UHGV virus genome: UHGV-0063828
Source of the DNA: a virus
Length of the DNA: 37,358 bases
Strand: one strand, 5' to 3'
Position 1 is the first letter of the stretch; every line of letters begins with the position of its first letter. Both the position numbers and the translations under genes were made by a program. Below, piece after piece: positions 25,087-34,359 of this stretch. Below the pieces are notes generated by a model, which was not told where the DNA came from, ran no database searches, and saw nothing but the letters and a program-made list of their open reading frames with translations.

Positions 25087-28000
25087 TGGGATTTGAAGTA
25101 TTGGTAGGCGCGGTTATTGCTGGTGCGTCTGCTGGGATGGCTGCTGCTGCAACATTTTCTGTTATGACCGCAGTCGCTATCGGTATGGCTGCTGGTGCAA
25201 TGACCTTGATCGCTTCCACTGTAGGCGCACCAAAAACACCTAAAGTACAAAGCCCAGATAATGCGGTGACACTAGGAACATCAAACGATCCTAAAACAGT
25301 ATTACCCGTTCTTTTCGGTACTACCCGAACTGGTGCAATCTGCGTTTACAAAGCAATTTCACAGCGTGAAAATAACAAACTGGTACAAATTTTTGCTATT
25401 TCAGAAGGTGAGATCGATCACTTTAAAGCACTGCACATCGATAATAAAAACGTTCTCATTAGTCAGAATATGACAATTCGTGATGGTATTCTCGATAAAG
25501 GAAACATTAAAGACGAATACCGCAAAGTGTTAGAAGTCGAGTTTCGCACTGGTAAAAATCCTAACACTGCATTGGATCTGGCTAAACATCATTTGGGCGC
25601 TGATTGGGATGATCGGTATCAGGGTAACGGCATTGCGACCATGTGTATTGTTTTACGTCGTGATGACAAATCTCTTGCTGCTGGTGTTGATATTCTCCAG
25701 CCAAATAGCCAGGTAGCAGTAGACGTTTGCGGCCTTAAAATCCGTAACCTTGAAACCAATGCTATTGAGGCTAGCACTAACGGCGTGGATCAGATTTTCC
25801 ACTACCTAACAAATGAAAAATATGGCTTATCCGTACCAATTGAAAACATTAACGTTGATTCATTCCTGAAAGTACGTAAACAAGTACGCCAGATGGATCT
25901 ACATTCAAACGGTGCATGTGATCCGAACGCCAGCTTTAAAGAGAACTTGACTAATCTTATGCAGACTTTCGGCGGGGTGATGTTCGAATCCTTTGGACGT
26001 ATTACGCTGAAACTGGATGCTCCTGATATTGTTAAGCATACCTTCAATGAAGACAATATCATGATGGGTAAGGTATCACTGAAAACAGGTGGCACTAACG
26101 GTTATTTCAATACCATTAACGCGATGTATCAAGAACCATCAATTGACTATTCAGAGCAAATGCTACGTTATCCGGCTGATGCTGAAAACGATGCTACTGT
26201 TCGCGCAGATGGTCGAATTATTGCTAAGGATGTAGAATATCGTTTCGTTAAGTCTAAAGATCAGATTGATAAACTCGCGAGCATTGAGCGAAATAAATCT
26301 CGTATCACTCAGGTTATCAGCTTTATGACTACTGACGCATTCACTGCCGAAGTTTGGGATGTTATTAGCGTTACCTATGATGAATTGAAACTGAATAATT
26401 CACTTTGGCGCATTACTGCAATTGATCGTTCTATTGATTCTGGTATTGCTGGGATGATGACTATCACCGCTACAGAATATAATTCTCAGGTTTATACTGA
26501 CCTGAACTATGCGGCAACTCCAGACAATAGACCAAGTGGTTTACCGGATTCAATGACAGTACAGAAACCGACTAATTTCAGAATTAAGGCAACTGGTGAG
26601 ACAATCCACGGTAAGAACGTTACTTTAACATGGGATGCACCGGAAGATTTTAACCGCTACGGCTTCCAGATTGATTATCGTGTGAGTGGATCACCTAACT
26701 GGATTAAGCTGGGACAGACTTCACAGCAAATTTTCAATATCAATGCACTGACAAAAGGTCGCTCCTACGATTACCGAGTTTGTGCTTTCGGTATTATTGC
26801 TCGTTCCGAATGGGTGGAACTGGTTAACCAGAATCCAGAAGTTACCTATGAATTGCCGACTCCGGTTATTCGAATCAAAAATCAGGGTAGCACGCCTGGT
26901 ACTTTCGAAGGCAATGATCTGATTATCGAATGGGAAAATCAGCAAGCCTTAGATGTGGTTATCAACGGTGAAACTAACAAGTTTAGTGACCTGTTTGAAG
27001 CCTACATTATCAAGGTAACTAACAAGGCTGGTAAGTCTATTCAGTACCGTACCCGCGATCCTGAATCATGGACCTATACGCTTGATATGAACCAGTTTAA
27101 CGGCCTTTCCCGTGAATTGACGGTAGAAGTATCAGTCAAGGGCTATAACAACTCAGAGAGCGCCCCAGCGCGTTTAGTGGCTATTAACCCACAGCATAAG
27201 CCAATGAAAGGTTTTAGTGCGCGTGGTGGCTTTAATACTGCGTTTGTTAGCTGGGCGGATGACGTAGAACATGACTATGCAGGGTCAATCATCCAGTATG
27301 CAACCGATAACACTTTCTCAGATGCAAGGGCAGTAAGCACGAATAGTGTTAGCCATACTTCCTTTGATTTGGCTGACGGTGATTATTATATCCGTGGTGC
27401 TCACTATGATATTTTCGGTATGGATGATGCTGTTTGGTCTGAACCGTATTTCATGCAAATGAAATCTACCATTAGTTGGGACGATCAGGACAAAGAAGCA
27501 CTGGAAGACCTGATTGGTTTACAAGATCGCTTAGATGAAACCATCGCGGATGCTATTGCTCAAGCTGGCGCTAATGCCGATGCTAAAATTGATGCAATGC
27601 ATAAGCAAATCACTACCGAAACAGGGCAGACGGTCCAAGCCTCAGCCAATACCTTAAAGAGTCTGATTGCTACCAGCGAGCAAGCTAGCTCCACTAAGAT
27701 TGATCAGGTTAAAGCTGAACTGAAAGGCGATATCACCAAAGAAGTTAGCGCATCCGCTACTACCCTGAAACAAGCAATTGCTACCAGTGAGGCAGCAAGC
27801 GCAAGTAAGATTGATCAAGTTCGGGTAGAAATGGATGGCAAGATTGCTGGTGTGAATCAGGAAGCAGATGTAAAAATCGATGCTTTGAAGGGAACCATTA
27901 ACAGCAAATATAATCTGGCGGTTAATGCAGATGGTCGCGTGGCTGGTATTCACATGAGCGCAACCAACGATCCGGCGCAACCGACGAGAATCATCTTTAC

Positions 28001-28862
28001 GGCTGATAAAATCGCGGTAGCTCCACAGAACGGATCGGAAGTATGCCCGTTTGGCATCGAAGATAACAAAGTTTATCTCGATAATGCGATGATTCGTAAT
28101 GCTGCAATTGGCACAGCCCAGATTAGTGATGCTAGTATCACCACGGCTAAGATCGGCACAGCCCAGATTAACGGCGCTCACATCCAACACGCACAGATCG
28201 GAACAGGTCATATCATTGATGGCTCTATCGATAATGCTAAAATTGGTAACTATATCCAGTCTTATAACTGGAATGGTAACGATGGATGGTATATCGGCAA
28301 AGATGGCACTTGTCATTTTAGACACGCTAATATTCGTGGTCATTTGGTGGCTGATTCCGGAGAAATGAACAACGTAACGATTAATTCAAGTTGCCGCATT
28401 TTGGGTATGCTTGATGCTAATCAGGTGCGTGGTGACTTCGTGAAAGCTATTGGTCGTCGATTCCCACATTGGGACGAAAACCCATCATTGGGCTACCCCG
28501 GTTATCCGCAAGGTACAATCACTGTTCGAATTGAAGATGATCACCCGTTTGATCGTCAGATTATCGTTCCGGCTATTAGCTTTGGTGGTCTTAATGCGCG
28601 TGAAGGCTCGAATAACAATACTTACTATGATAACTGTCGCTTGATTGTTCGCAAGAACGGTGCTGAATTATATAACCGTGCATATGGTAGACAGACTGGA
28701 TTGTATAGTGCTGTTATTGATATGCCAGCCGGACACGGACCAGTTACGCTAACTTTTGAAGTAAGTTCAAGCGCAATCAACAACTGGACTCCCAGCACAT
28801 GGATCAGCGATCTTTCTGTAATTGTTACTAAGAAAGCCGCGACTGGTATTTCTGTTTCTTAA
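25086..28862 (+). CDS. Central tail fibre / host specificity protein: gpI-like N-terminal segment fused to gpJ-like body
   Basis: 1258 aa; N-terminal Gly/Ala-rich hydrophobic segment resembles lambda gpI C-terminus as recalled; fibronectin-III-like repeats (LTWDAPEDF...YDYRVCAFG); C-terminus DDHPFDRQIIVP...ATGISVS resembles lambda J as recalled. Confidence 0.85.
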   Translation: MGFEVLVGAVIAGASAGMAAAATFSVMTAVAIGMAAGAMTLIASTVGAPKTPKVQSPDNAVTLGTSNDPKTVLPVLFGTTRTGAICVYKAISQRENNKLVQIFAISEGEIDHFKALHIDNKNVLISQNMTIRDGILDKGNIKDEYRKVLEVEFRTGKNPNTALDLAKHHLGADWDDRYQGNGIATMCIVLRRDDKSLAAGVDILQPNSQVAVDVCGLKIRNLETNAIEASTNGVDQIFHYLTNEKYGLSVPIENINVDSFLKVRKQVRQMDLHSNGACDPNASFKENLTNLMQTFGGVMFESFGRITLKLDAPDIVKHTFNEDNIMMGKVSLKTGGTNGYFNTINAMYQEPSIDYSEQMLRYPADAENDATVRADGRIIAKDVEYRFVKSKDQIDKLASIERNKSRITQVISFMTTDAFTAEVWDVISVTYDELKLNNSLWRITAIDRSIDSGIAGMMTITATEYNSQVYTDLNYAATPDNRPSGLPDSMTVQKPTNFRIKATGETIHGKNVTLTWDAPEDFNRYGFQIDYRVSGSPNWIKLGQTSQQIFNINALTKGRSYDYRVCAFGIIARSEWVELVNQNPEVTYELPTPVIRIKNQGSTPGTFEGNDLIIEWENQQALDVVINGETNKFSDLFEAYIIKVTNKAGKSIQYRTRDPESWTYTLDMNQFNGLSRELTVEVSVKGYNNSESAPARLVAINPQHKPMKGFSARGGFNTAFVSWADDVEHDYAGSIIQYATDNTFSDARAVSTNSVSHTSFDLADGDYYIRGAHYDIFGMDDAVWSEPYFMQMKSTISWDDQDKEALEDLIGLQDRLDETIADAIAQAGANADAKIDAMHKQITTETGQTVQASANTLKSLIATSEQASSTKIDQVKAELKGDITKEVSASATTLKQAIATSEAASASKIDQVRVEMDGKIAGVNQEADVKIDALKGTINSKYNLAVNADGRVAGIHMSATNDPAQPTRIIFTADKIAVAPQNGSEVCPFGIEDNKVYLDNAMIRNAAIGTAQISDASITTAKIGTAQINGAHIQHAQIGTGHIIDGSIDNAKIGNYIQSYNWNGNDGWYIGKDGTCHFRHANIRGHLVADSGEMNNVTINSSCRILGMLDANQVRGDFVKAIGRRFPHWDENPSLGYPGYPQGTITVRIEDDHPFDRQIIVPAISFGGLNAREGSNNNTYYDNCRLIVRKNGAELYNRAYGRQTGLYSAVIDMPAGHGPVTLTFEVSSSAINNWTPSTWISDLSVIVTKKAATGISVS

Positions 28863-28879
28863 AATTTAATTCTAATAAT

Positions 28880-28921
28880 TAATCCCGCTTAATTCTTTTG
28901 AGTTAGGCGGGATTATTTTTA
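28880..28921 (+). terminator. Intrinsic terminator after central tail fibre gene
   Basis: AATCCCGC...GCGGGATT stem followed by ATTTTTAT. Confidence 0.55.
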
Positions 28922-28964
28922 TCTAAATAATTCTGCCATTAAATTATAAAATATCGGGGGCGTA

Positions 28965-29243
28965 ATGACTGAAATTATATATGGCGGTATCGGTGTTATC
29001 GCCTTAATTTGTGGTGGTCTTTGGAGACTTCACCGAAATCAATTAGCAACAGAAAATAGATTGTCGAAATTAGAGTCCAATGATGCATTGTTTAATCAGA
29101 AGTTTGAAACAATGCAAAGTAACCACGACCAGATCGCCGAGAGAGTTTATCGCATGGAACAAACACTACACGGTATAGAGAAGAAAGTGGTTGCGATGGA
29201 CGCCAAATTTGACCAAGTTCTCGACATACTCAAACAAAAATAA
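28965..29243 (+). CDS. Membrane-anchored coiled-coil protein (92 aa), possible lysis or spanin-like component
   Basis: Single N-terminal TM helix (IIYGGIGVIALICGGLW) then predicted coiled coil; follows the terminator after the central fibre gene. Confidence 0.45.
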   Translation: MTEIIYGGIGVIALICGGLWRLHRNQLATENRLSKLESNDALFNQKFETMQSNHDQIAERVYRMEQTLHGIEKKVVAMDAKFDQVLDILKQK

Positions 29244-29261
29244 TAATAAAGGGGTGAATAT

Positions 29262-29432
29262 ATGAAGAATAAACTTAAGAAATATTTTGGTTATCTCTTG
29301 ATTATCGCCCTCACTTATAACGTAGCAATTAGACCTCTGCTAACGTCCTTTGGGCTTGAACTCCCGGCTATGACCGTGGATGAACAATTGCTAAGGACAC
29401 TGGCGGGGGTCTTTTCGTTATTAGGGGGCTAA
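29262..29432 (+). CDS. Small membrane protein (56 aa), possible holin-like
   Basis: Found by manual translation (below track size cut-off); AAGGGGTGA SD; hydrophobic segment YFGYLLIIALTYNVAI; no cysteine so not a lipoprotein. Confidence 0.4.
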   Translation: MKNKLKKYFGYLLIIALTYNVAIRPLLTSFGLELPAMTVDEQLLRTLAGVFSLLGG

Positions 29433-29433
29433 C

Positions 29434-30117
29434 ATGGCAACCAGTACCAATAAACGAAACGCTCTAAGGACTAAGAAAGCGTTGAGGCAATGGTCTGAAA
29501 AGGCAACAGATACATTCGAAAGGGCACTAGGGGAAGGGGCGATCTTTGCTTCCAGAGCACTCCAGAAGAAGATTAACAAGAATGTTGATAGACCTACTCG
29601 CTGGACTCAGCAAGCTGTAGGTAATACCAACTACAAGAACCGATCAGGGACGAGACACCAAATCTTCATCAAGGGCGCAAGGGATAAGGATAAGAAGATC
29701 GGCAGTCAGGACGACTATTTGAAACACTATTTCGATGGAGGCAAAATCAATAAGCTAGTTCCAATCGCTAACGGTAAGGTCTTAGACTCCCACGGGAACA
29801 TTAAGGCCATCAAAGGCGGTAAGATGATGCGTAACATCGAAAACGGCAACTTCATCAAGGTAGAGAACAAGGAAGGGACTTTTATCATGAAGAAGTACAA
29901 GCCTAAGAAATCCCGAACCAAACGCGCTAGGAATGGATCTGCGGTGGCAAAACGTCGCTTAGAGAAACGCATACAGAAACAGAGCAAGCGAATTGTTGCC
30001 GTTAAATCGGATAAAATTTCTACTCGTTATTCGACGCTAGGATCGTGGGAAAGTAACGAAGCAATGATGCTTAAGAACATCAATAAGCACATTAAATCGC
30101 GCATGAAATACGTTTAA
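29434..30117 (+). CDS. Highly basic Lys/Arg-rich protein (227 aa), function unknown
   Basis: GGGGG SD; start 1 nt after upstream stop; dense K/R content throughout. Confidence 0.55.
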   Translation: MATSTNKRNALRTKKALRQWSEKATDTFERALGEGAIFASRALQKKINKNVDRPTRWTQQAVGNTNYKNRSGTRHQIFIKGARDKDKKIGSQDDYLKHYFDGGKINKLVPIANGKVLDSHGNIKAIKGGKMMRNIENGNFIKVENKEGTFIMKKYKPKKSRTKRARNGSAVAKRRLEKRIQKQSKRIVAVKSDKISTRYSTLGSWESNEAMMLKNINKHIKSRMKYV

Positions 30118-30155
30118 TCCATAAATACCCTCATAGAAACTTATGGGGGTATAAC

Positions 30156-30503
30156 ATGGCTAAAAATATTTTTACTGAATTTCCTACTTATCCGGTCGAT
30201 CAGCTTTCCGGTATTTTTATTAATGGCATTAGCCCAGAATCAATGACACATGATTTTGAGGCGAAGAGAGTTAAACATAAACAATATAAAGAATGTATCC
30301 GCGATCATGAAAAAGGGACCGTGTTTTGTGTCGCTACATTGGCTAAACGTCCTAAATATCGTTTTCGTGTAGGGCAAGAAGTCGATGTAGTTAATCCTTA
30401 TAGCTTTAACTGTCTGGGTGATGCACGCGCGGTGTGTGTAGGCACTGCTCCTTATTATATCAAGGGTATGCGCTTTATTGGTTATATCTTCGAAATGATC
30501 TAA
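30156..30503 (+). CDS. Hypothetical protein (115 aa)
   Basis: SD lies in the 3' arm of an upstream hairpin; no recognisable motifs. Confidence 0.5.
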   Translation: MAKNIFTEFPTYPVDQLSGIFINGISPESMTHDFEAKRVKHKQYKECIRDHEKGTVFCVATLAKRPKYRFRVGQEVDVVNPYSFNCLGDARAVCVGTAPYYIKGMRFIGYIFEMI

Positions 30504-30512
30504 GGGGGTAAT

Positions 30513-30866
30513 ATGTTAAGCAAACATTTTTCTCGCAAGGAATTTAAATGTAAATGCGGAAAATGTGATTATGATACAATCGACGCTGAATTACTGGTAA
30601 TTCTTGAGGATGTACGCGAACACTTCGGGAAACCAGTAATTATTAACAGTGGGAACCGTTGTCCGACTCATAACAAGAATGTAGGCGGTGCAACCAACAG
30701 CTATCACGTTCGAGGCCGTGCGGCTGACATTGTGATCAAGGGTGTCTCCCCTGATATTGTCCATGCTTATCTTGATGGGAAATATCCTACTCAATACGGC
30801 TTAGGCAAATATAAAACCTTTACGCATATCGATTCCAGATCGAAAAAATCACGATGGAATGGATAA
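30513..30866 (+). CDS. Peptidase M15-family protein, putative endolysin
   Basis: FSRKEFKCKCGKC...INSGNRCPTHNKNVGGATNSYHVRGRAADI matches the zinc peptidase M15 / YcbK-like signature as recalled; AAGGGGG SD; bidirectional terminator downstream. Confidence 0.6.
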   Translation: MLSKHFSRKEFKCKCGKCDYDTIDAELLVILEDVREHFGKPVIINSGNRCPTHNKNVGGATNSYHVRGRAADIVIKGVSPDIVHAYLDGKYPTQYGLGKYKTFTHIDSRSKKSRWNG

Positions 30867-30868
30867 AA

Positions 30869-30897
30869 TTAAAGCGCCCACTAGAGGCGCTTTTTTG
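30869..30897. terminator. Bidirectional terminator between convergent M15 peptidase and helicase genes
   Basis: AGCGCC-cactaga-GGCGCT hairpin flanked by A-run upstream and T-run downstream. Confidence 0.65.
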
Positions 30898-32388
30898 TTA
30901 TATAGCAATTGTTTTAGTTGCATAGCTGAACTTGTCGGTTAGATAATAGCGGATTCTCTCAAGTGCATGTTTTACCGCATAATTTTTATGCTTGACTTTT
31001 CCGTTACGACCGAATATACACAAATGATCGATAAGATCCCAGACCGTTGCAATGTCTTTCGAACCATGTTTACGCAATGCACGACCGATACTCTGACGAA
31101 CGATAGTTGATTCCTTCACTGGATGACCGAAAATAACATGGTGCAAATTCTTAATTGAAACACCAGTAGAGAACACACCATAAGACGCAACACAAATGAT
31201 CCCGGTGTCACCCTCCGCCATTTTCTTAAATTCATCACGTTCTTCTGTCTTAACTCCACCGTCAATATAATAAACCTTGTCGTGTACCTTCTGTAACGCG
31301 TCATACATAAGTTTTCCGTGCTTAGTATTGCGGAACATCAGGAATACGTTTTCGCCCTTCTTAGCGAGTTTTAGCGCCAAATTACAAGCAAACTTATTTC
31401 GTCGTGGGTTAGATGTAATATACTTGATCTCTTCCGCATATTCTCTCCCCTTAACCGCGCTACATTCCTCATCGGTATAACGAAGGAAAAGACAGTTGAT
31501 TTTCAGTTTCGTCACTTGACCTTCTTCCATCAGGCGGTCAATACTCACGATCTTAGAAATATCACCGAAAAGCCCGACATACTGCATTAAATGGCACTTT
31601 GATTCTTTCGGGGAACCAGTCATACCGATCTTAAACTGGCAATGATTCATTCCGTTAATGATATTGGTAATATTTTTGGCACTAGCCTTATGCGATTCAT
31701 CAACTATCAACATTCCATATTGTCGGAACCATTCAGGAGGCATCTTGCAAGCTGATTGCCAGGTACTAACCGTGATTAACCTGTCTCCCGGATGTTTCCC
31801 GCTACCACTCATCATTGTATGGATTGCTTCATAAGGGAATAACCGATAATCGATGAAATCATCCCTCATTTGAACCACTAGCGATGTAGTCGGGACAATG
31901 ATTAACACCTTTCCGGTGTAATGCTCTAAGTACCAACGAGACAGCATACAAGCAATCAATGACTTTCCGGCACTGGTAGGAAGAACCAGCATTCTACGGC
32001 GATTGTGGATACCCTGAAAGACTGCTTCACGCTGATACCAGTAAGGATTGATTTTATTGGAACCGGAATACACTTCTAAAGAGTCAATCCACGAATCAAT
32101 CTGTTCTTTGGTTACATCTTCCTTCTCAAGTAATCGCGGGTCAATCCAGACTGAATAGCCCATATTTTTAACGAAGACACCCAATGTTTTTAATAGTCCA
32201 ATTGGTAGGGTATTTTCATGCGTAAACAGTCTTATTCGTCCATCCCAGCCGGAATACTTGTAGCGGGGGCTAAACCTAGCCCCTTCAACCTCAAACGAGA
32301 AATAATCTCTTAATTCCATTCCGATAGAAGGAGAGCAATCAACCTTAACGAAACTGTAATCTTGAAAATGAATTTTAATATCTTGCAT
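30898..32388 (-). CDS. SF2 helicase, T4 UvsW-like
   Basis: Walker A LPTSAGKS, DESH box, TGSP, QSIGRALR motifs; N-terminus MQDIKIHFQDYSFVKVDC resembles T4 UvsW as recalled; start placed at ATG 32388 with GGAGTGG SD (track start 32397 is GTG). Confidence 0.65.
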   Translation of the reverse strand: MQDIKIHFQDYSFVKVDCSPSIGMELRDYFSFEVEGARFSPRYKYSGWDGRIRLFTHENTLPIGLLKTLGVFVKNMGYSVWIDPRLLEKEDVTKEQIDSWIDSLEVYSGSNKINPYWYQREAVFQGIHNRRRMLVLPTSAGKSLIACMLSRWYLEHYTGKVLIIVPTTSLVVQMRDDFIDYRLFPYEAIHTMMSGSGKHPGDRLITVSTWQSACKMPPEWFRQYGMLIVDESHKASAKNITNIINGMNHCQFKIGMTGSPKESKCHLMQYVGLFGDISKIVSIDRLMEEGQVTKLKINCLFLRYTDEECSAVKGREYAEEIKYITSNPRRNKFACNLALKLAKKGENVFLMFRNTKHGKLMYDALQKVHDKVYYIDGGVKTEERDEFKKMAEGDTGIICVASYGVFSTGVSIKNLHHVIFGHPVKESTIVRQSIGRALRKHGSKDIATVWDLIDHLCIFGRNGKVKHKNYAVKHALERIRYYLTDKFSYATKTIAI

Positions 32389-32957
32389 TAGTTCCACTCC
32401 ACACTTGCAATATTCTTTATATTGTTTAGTGATTTATTGCAGTAGTGGAATGTTTCAGTTTTACCGTATTCAATCCCGCCTATACCCACATCCAGTAATC
32501 TCTTTATTGCTCTTTCAGTGGCTAAAGCATGTTTCATTGATGGCATTTCACCAGCAAAGACAATATCAAAGTTATGACCGGGATTGCGTACACCCAGATT
32601 AACACGTCGCTTGATGATTGACTTTGTAACACCAAATTTACCAATATCCCCTGATTTCATTACATAGAGATAAGGCACACCCGCTTTATATTGAAAGTAA
32701 TCACTTTTGAGACATGCACAGCGTTTACCTTCATTAAGCAGGTTGGTAGCTGATTTGTCGGCTCTATTGCCGCATCTGGTACATGTAAGAGCAATTCTTG
32801 AATGAAGCCCTTTAAACTCACCCAGAAAGCCATGAAAGACTAATGGTAAGTCCTTCTCTTTGATGTGAGTCAGAATGCGTTGTTCTAATGCCGATGGAGT
32901 TACAGCACGGGAGGATTTAGGAGTAAAAACAATATCTTTAGCCATTACTGGAATCAT
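32388..32957 (-). CDS. Zinc-ribbon plus T5orf172 (GIY-YIG-like) domain protein
   Basis: CTRCGN...CACLK cysteine pairs followed by YLYVMKSGDIGKFGVTK...ERAIKR...GKTETFHY; stop overlaps the helicase ATG (TAATG). Confidence 0.55.
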   Translation of the reverse strand: MIPVMAKDIVFTPKSSRAVTPSALEQRILTHIKEKDLPLVFHGFLGEFKGLHSRIALTCTRCGNRADKSATNLLNEGKRCACLKSDYFQYKAGVPYLYVMKSGDIGKFGVTKSIIKRRVNLGVRNPGHNFDIVFAGEMPSMKHALATERAIKRLLDVGIGGIEYGKTETFHYCNKSLNNIKNIASVEWN

Positions 32958-33110
32958 ATAGACCTCACTTTTTAACTTATAGGCATAACCTCAATATGGT
33001 TGGTTTGGGATTTAGGGTCGCGTATTATACACATCCAGATAGAGAATGCAATAGTAAGACAATTTTCTCTAATAAATAGTAGTGAGCTTATTATTTTAGA
33101 GGAAACTACT

Positions 33111-34286
33111 ATGAAACTTGCTTACGCTGCCGAAATTCCTTTTGTTAAGAAAACTCGCGGTTTATCGCCGGAAGAGTACCAACAACGAATCATCGCTAAA
33201 CTGGAACCTGCTTTCGTATTTGGTGGATTTATCCTACCGTGGAAGGGTAATCACACTTACTTTCGAATCTACAATTTAGATACACAAGAATATAAGGACT
33301 ACAAATTACGCAAACTGGAAGATACTAACGGGGGTGAGTTATTCCAGACTGAAAAGGCTGTATGGTTGAAAATGGAATCTCGTTGTAATGAGAAGGGAAA
33401 GAAATTCCTCGGATGGCAAGGAGAATGGAAAGGGCGAAATAGAACGAAAGCCCGTGTTTTGTGCCCTGAACACAATCAAATCATGACGCCATCTCTATTA
33501 CATGCTCTTAAAGATGATTTCGATTTTGATTGCAAAATCTGTATGGCTGAAAAATCCCAACGGGTAAGAAGTGGCAAGACTTTTGATGAAGTTATTAAGG
33601 ACAAAGAGACAATCATCAATGCACGTTGCGAGACTACACCTTACATCTTCAAAGGATTCATCATAAACACCCCACACCTAAAGGATGTTAAATTTAAAAC
33701 CTATTGCAAGACACATAACCACGAATGGGAATCTCATTTAAGATGTGCTGATTCTTTCACTTGTCCGCTTTGCATTAAAGACCAACTGGTGCAACTGTCT
33801 AACCGGACTTATCAGGGTAAGGCTAGTTTCTACATTCAATTATTAGATGACAAATTTATTAAATTTGGAATCACTACCCGGAAACCAGAAGAACGAATGA
33901 GAGAGCAAACCAGAAAGAGCAACTTCACTCACCGCTTAATCTTTACTCATGAGTTTGAGGATGGTTGGAAAGCCGTTGATTTAGAGCATGAAGTAAAACA
34001 ACGCTTCAAGACTCATGCAGCACCCTACAAAGATTTCAAGGATGGATGGTCGGAAACTCTGACTATTGATGAGTTACCACACTTACAGCAACTGGTTTAT
34101 GACTACCTAACCAATCAACCGGACGAGGCTAATATGTGGGTATCTCCGAAAGATGTATTTGATGACGATACATTCAAGCTACATACTCACTTCTACGGCA
34201 TCAATAAACCGGAATTTTTCTGTATTGATGACGACAGTCCTGATTTAATGGATGAATACTTTAATACTCTCTTAGAGGCTCTCTAA
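33111..34286 (+). CDS. Zinc-finger plus T5orf172 (GIY-YIG-like) domain protein
   Basis: Start placed at ATG 33111 with AGAGGA SD; Cys/His clusters (CPEHN...CKIC; CKTHNH...CPLC) then FYIQLLDDKFIKFGITTRKPEERMRE...GWSETL. Confidence 0.55.
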   Translation: MKLAYAAEIPFVKKTRGLSPEEYQQRIIAKLEPAFVFGGFILPWKGNHTYFRIYNLDTQEYKDYKLRKLEDTNGGELFQTEKAVWLKMESRCNEKGKKFLGWQGEWKGRNRTKARVLCPEHNQIMTPSLLHALKDDFDFDCKICMAEKSQRVRSGKTFDEVIKDKETIINARCETTPYIFKGFIINTPHLKDVKFKTYCKTHNHEWESHLRCADSFTCPLCIKDQLVQLSNRTYQGKASFYIQLLDDKFIKFGITTRKPEERMREQTRKSNFTHRLIFTHEFEDGWKAVDLEHEVKQRFKTHAAPYKDFKDGWSETLTIDELPHLQQLVYDYLTNQPDEANMWVSPKDVFDDDTFKLHTHFYGINKPEFFCIDDDSPDLMDEYFNTLLEAL

Positions 34287-34298
34287 CGCAATTAAATT

Positions 34299-34326
34299 AA
34301 AAAGGGGTACGAATGTACCCCTTAAC
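34299..34326. terminator. Bidirectional terminator-like hairpin between T5orf172 gene and integrase gene
   Basis: AAGGGGTAC-GAAT-GTACCCCTT perfect 9 bp stem, A-run upstream, T-containing tract downstream. Confidence 0.5.
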
Positions 34327-34359
34327 TGTTTTAGCTCGTTATACGTAGATTTAGGCCGC

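Noticed and set aside
27654-28343. 229 aa minus-strand ORF inside the central tail fibre gene
   Set aside because: Antisense shadow ORF; no start context
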